From a virus (Duplodnaviria > Caudoviricetes), in the IMG/VR virus record IMGVR_UViG_3300033067_000776, positions 1 to 24,955 of that record: a DNA stretch of 24,955 bases, one strand, 5' to 3'. The notes beneath the pieces were generated by a model. That model had not been told where the DNA came from. It was given only the letters and a program-made list of their open reading frames with translations, and searched no databases. Positions 24,394-24,955 of this stretch are shown one piece after another (position 1 is the first letter of the stretch; the number at the start of each line of letters is the position of its first letter). The position numbers and the translations under genes were made by a program.

Positions 24394-24955
24394 TGCTAAT
24401 AGCGAACTATTCATACATTAATCAGATTTGCGGCCATAACCATAGCGGCATAACAAACCCATGCCAATTTATAAGACCTCATGTAATGAGAGGTTATTAT
24501 GGGCTATCTCAAAATAGTGATGTTATTGAGCAGGTAAAAAGAGATGGATTCCCAACAGGAACAAACCCACCGTACACCTTAGTAATGGGTGATAAGGGTG
24601 CTTTATTAAGTTCAACTACTACTATTAGCGGTTCGTCAGAAGTGACATCTGCAATGGCAATGGGGTTGGCAGCACAATCAGCATTAACCGGAAGCGGAAC
24701 GATAAGCGGCAGTTTATCATTAATCATTCAACTTGCTTGCGATATACTTGCATCAGGGGATATATCCGCTTCATTAGTAGGTAAATTAGAAATGGCTTCT
24801 GCATTAGCAGGTAGCGGCGACCTAACGGCATCACTTAACCTAATAGCGTTTGTAGTTTCCGCATTAACAGGTAGCGGGACAATATCAGGAACATTTAAGG
24901 GTAACGCCTCTTTAGCCGCCGATATTAGTTCTTCATCAACATTAAGCCCTGAAAG
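24393..24955 (+). CDS. Putative tail fibre/structural protein with 20-aa repeats (3' partial)
   Basis: ATG overlaps the upstream TAA; open to the window end: MLIANYSYINQ...SALTGSGTISGSL...SALAGSGDLTASL...SALTGSGTISGTF. Confidence 0.7.
   Translation, partial: MLIANYSYINQICGHNHSGITNPCQFIRPHVMRGYYGLSQNSDVIEQVKRDGFPTGTNPPYTLVMGDKGALLSSTTTISGSSEVTSAMAMGLAAQSALTGSGTISGSLSLIIQLACDILASGDISASLVGKLEMASALAGSGDLTASLNLIAFVVSALTGSGTISGTFKGNASLAADISSSSTLSPE
24621..24955 (+). repeat. Degenerate 60-nt (20-aa) tandem repeat
   Basis: Units start near 24621, 24681, 24741, 24801, 24861 and 24921 (gcattaaccggaagcgg, gcattagcaggtagcgg, gcattaacaggtagcgg). Confidence 0.7.

Noticed and set aside
3153-24727. Numerous short minus-strand ORFs and nested plus-strand ORFs (e.g. 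14563-14796, 19644-19826)
   Set aside because: Contained within or antisense to long coherent genes; no recognisable motifs or independent expression signals
1-24955. Stop-codon reassignment as seen in some crAss-like phages
   Set aside because: Genes tile densely under the standard code, and both TAG and TGA end genes at sensible operon junctions
1-24955. tRNA, CRISPR array, DGR, integrase or IS element
   Set aside because: No cloverleaf, repeat-spacer array, reverse transcriptase, template/variable repeat pair or recombinase motif was recognised by eye

Overview
AT-rich fragment of a tailed dsDNA phage, most likely infecting Bacteroidota (TAnnTTTG promoter elements, AT-rich leaders without Shine-Dalgarno motifs, standard genetic code), with a podovirus-like tail resembling crAss-like/Cellulophaga phages. 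From left to right: a leftward recombination module (YqaJ/lambda-type exonuclease, coiled-coil partner); a divergent control region (promoters, 14-bp palindrome, Cro-like HTH gene, intrinsic terminator); a rightward replication module (initiator, putative loader, PrimPol-SF4 helicase fusion, SSB, HNH/NinG-like nuclease); three GroES-fold genes; tail ring proteins and a 1042-aa tail stabilisation/muzzle protein; three probable ejected cargo proteins, the largest with an ART-PolyVal-like ADP-ribosyltransferase domain; and distal tail genes interrupted by a free-standing HNH endonuclease. No terminase, portal, capsid, integrase, tRNA or CRISPR is visible. The most interesting signal is an A10 run in the large cargo gene opening into a start-less -1 frame that encodes an amphipathic Trp/Arg-rich tail, suggesting a hidden ~81-aa isoform made by programmed frameshifting or slippage. 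All product calls come from motif recognition by eye, not database searches.
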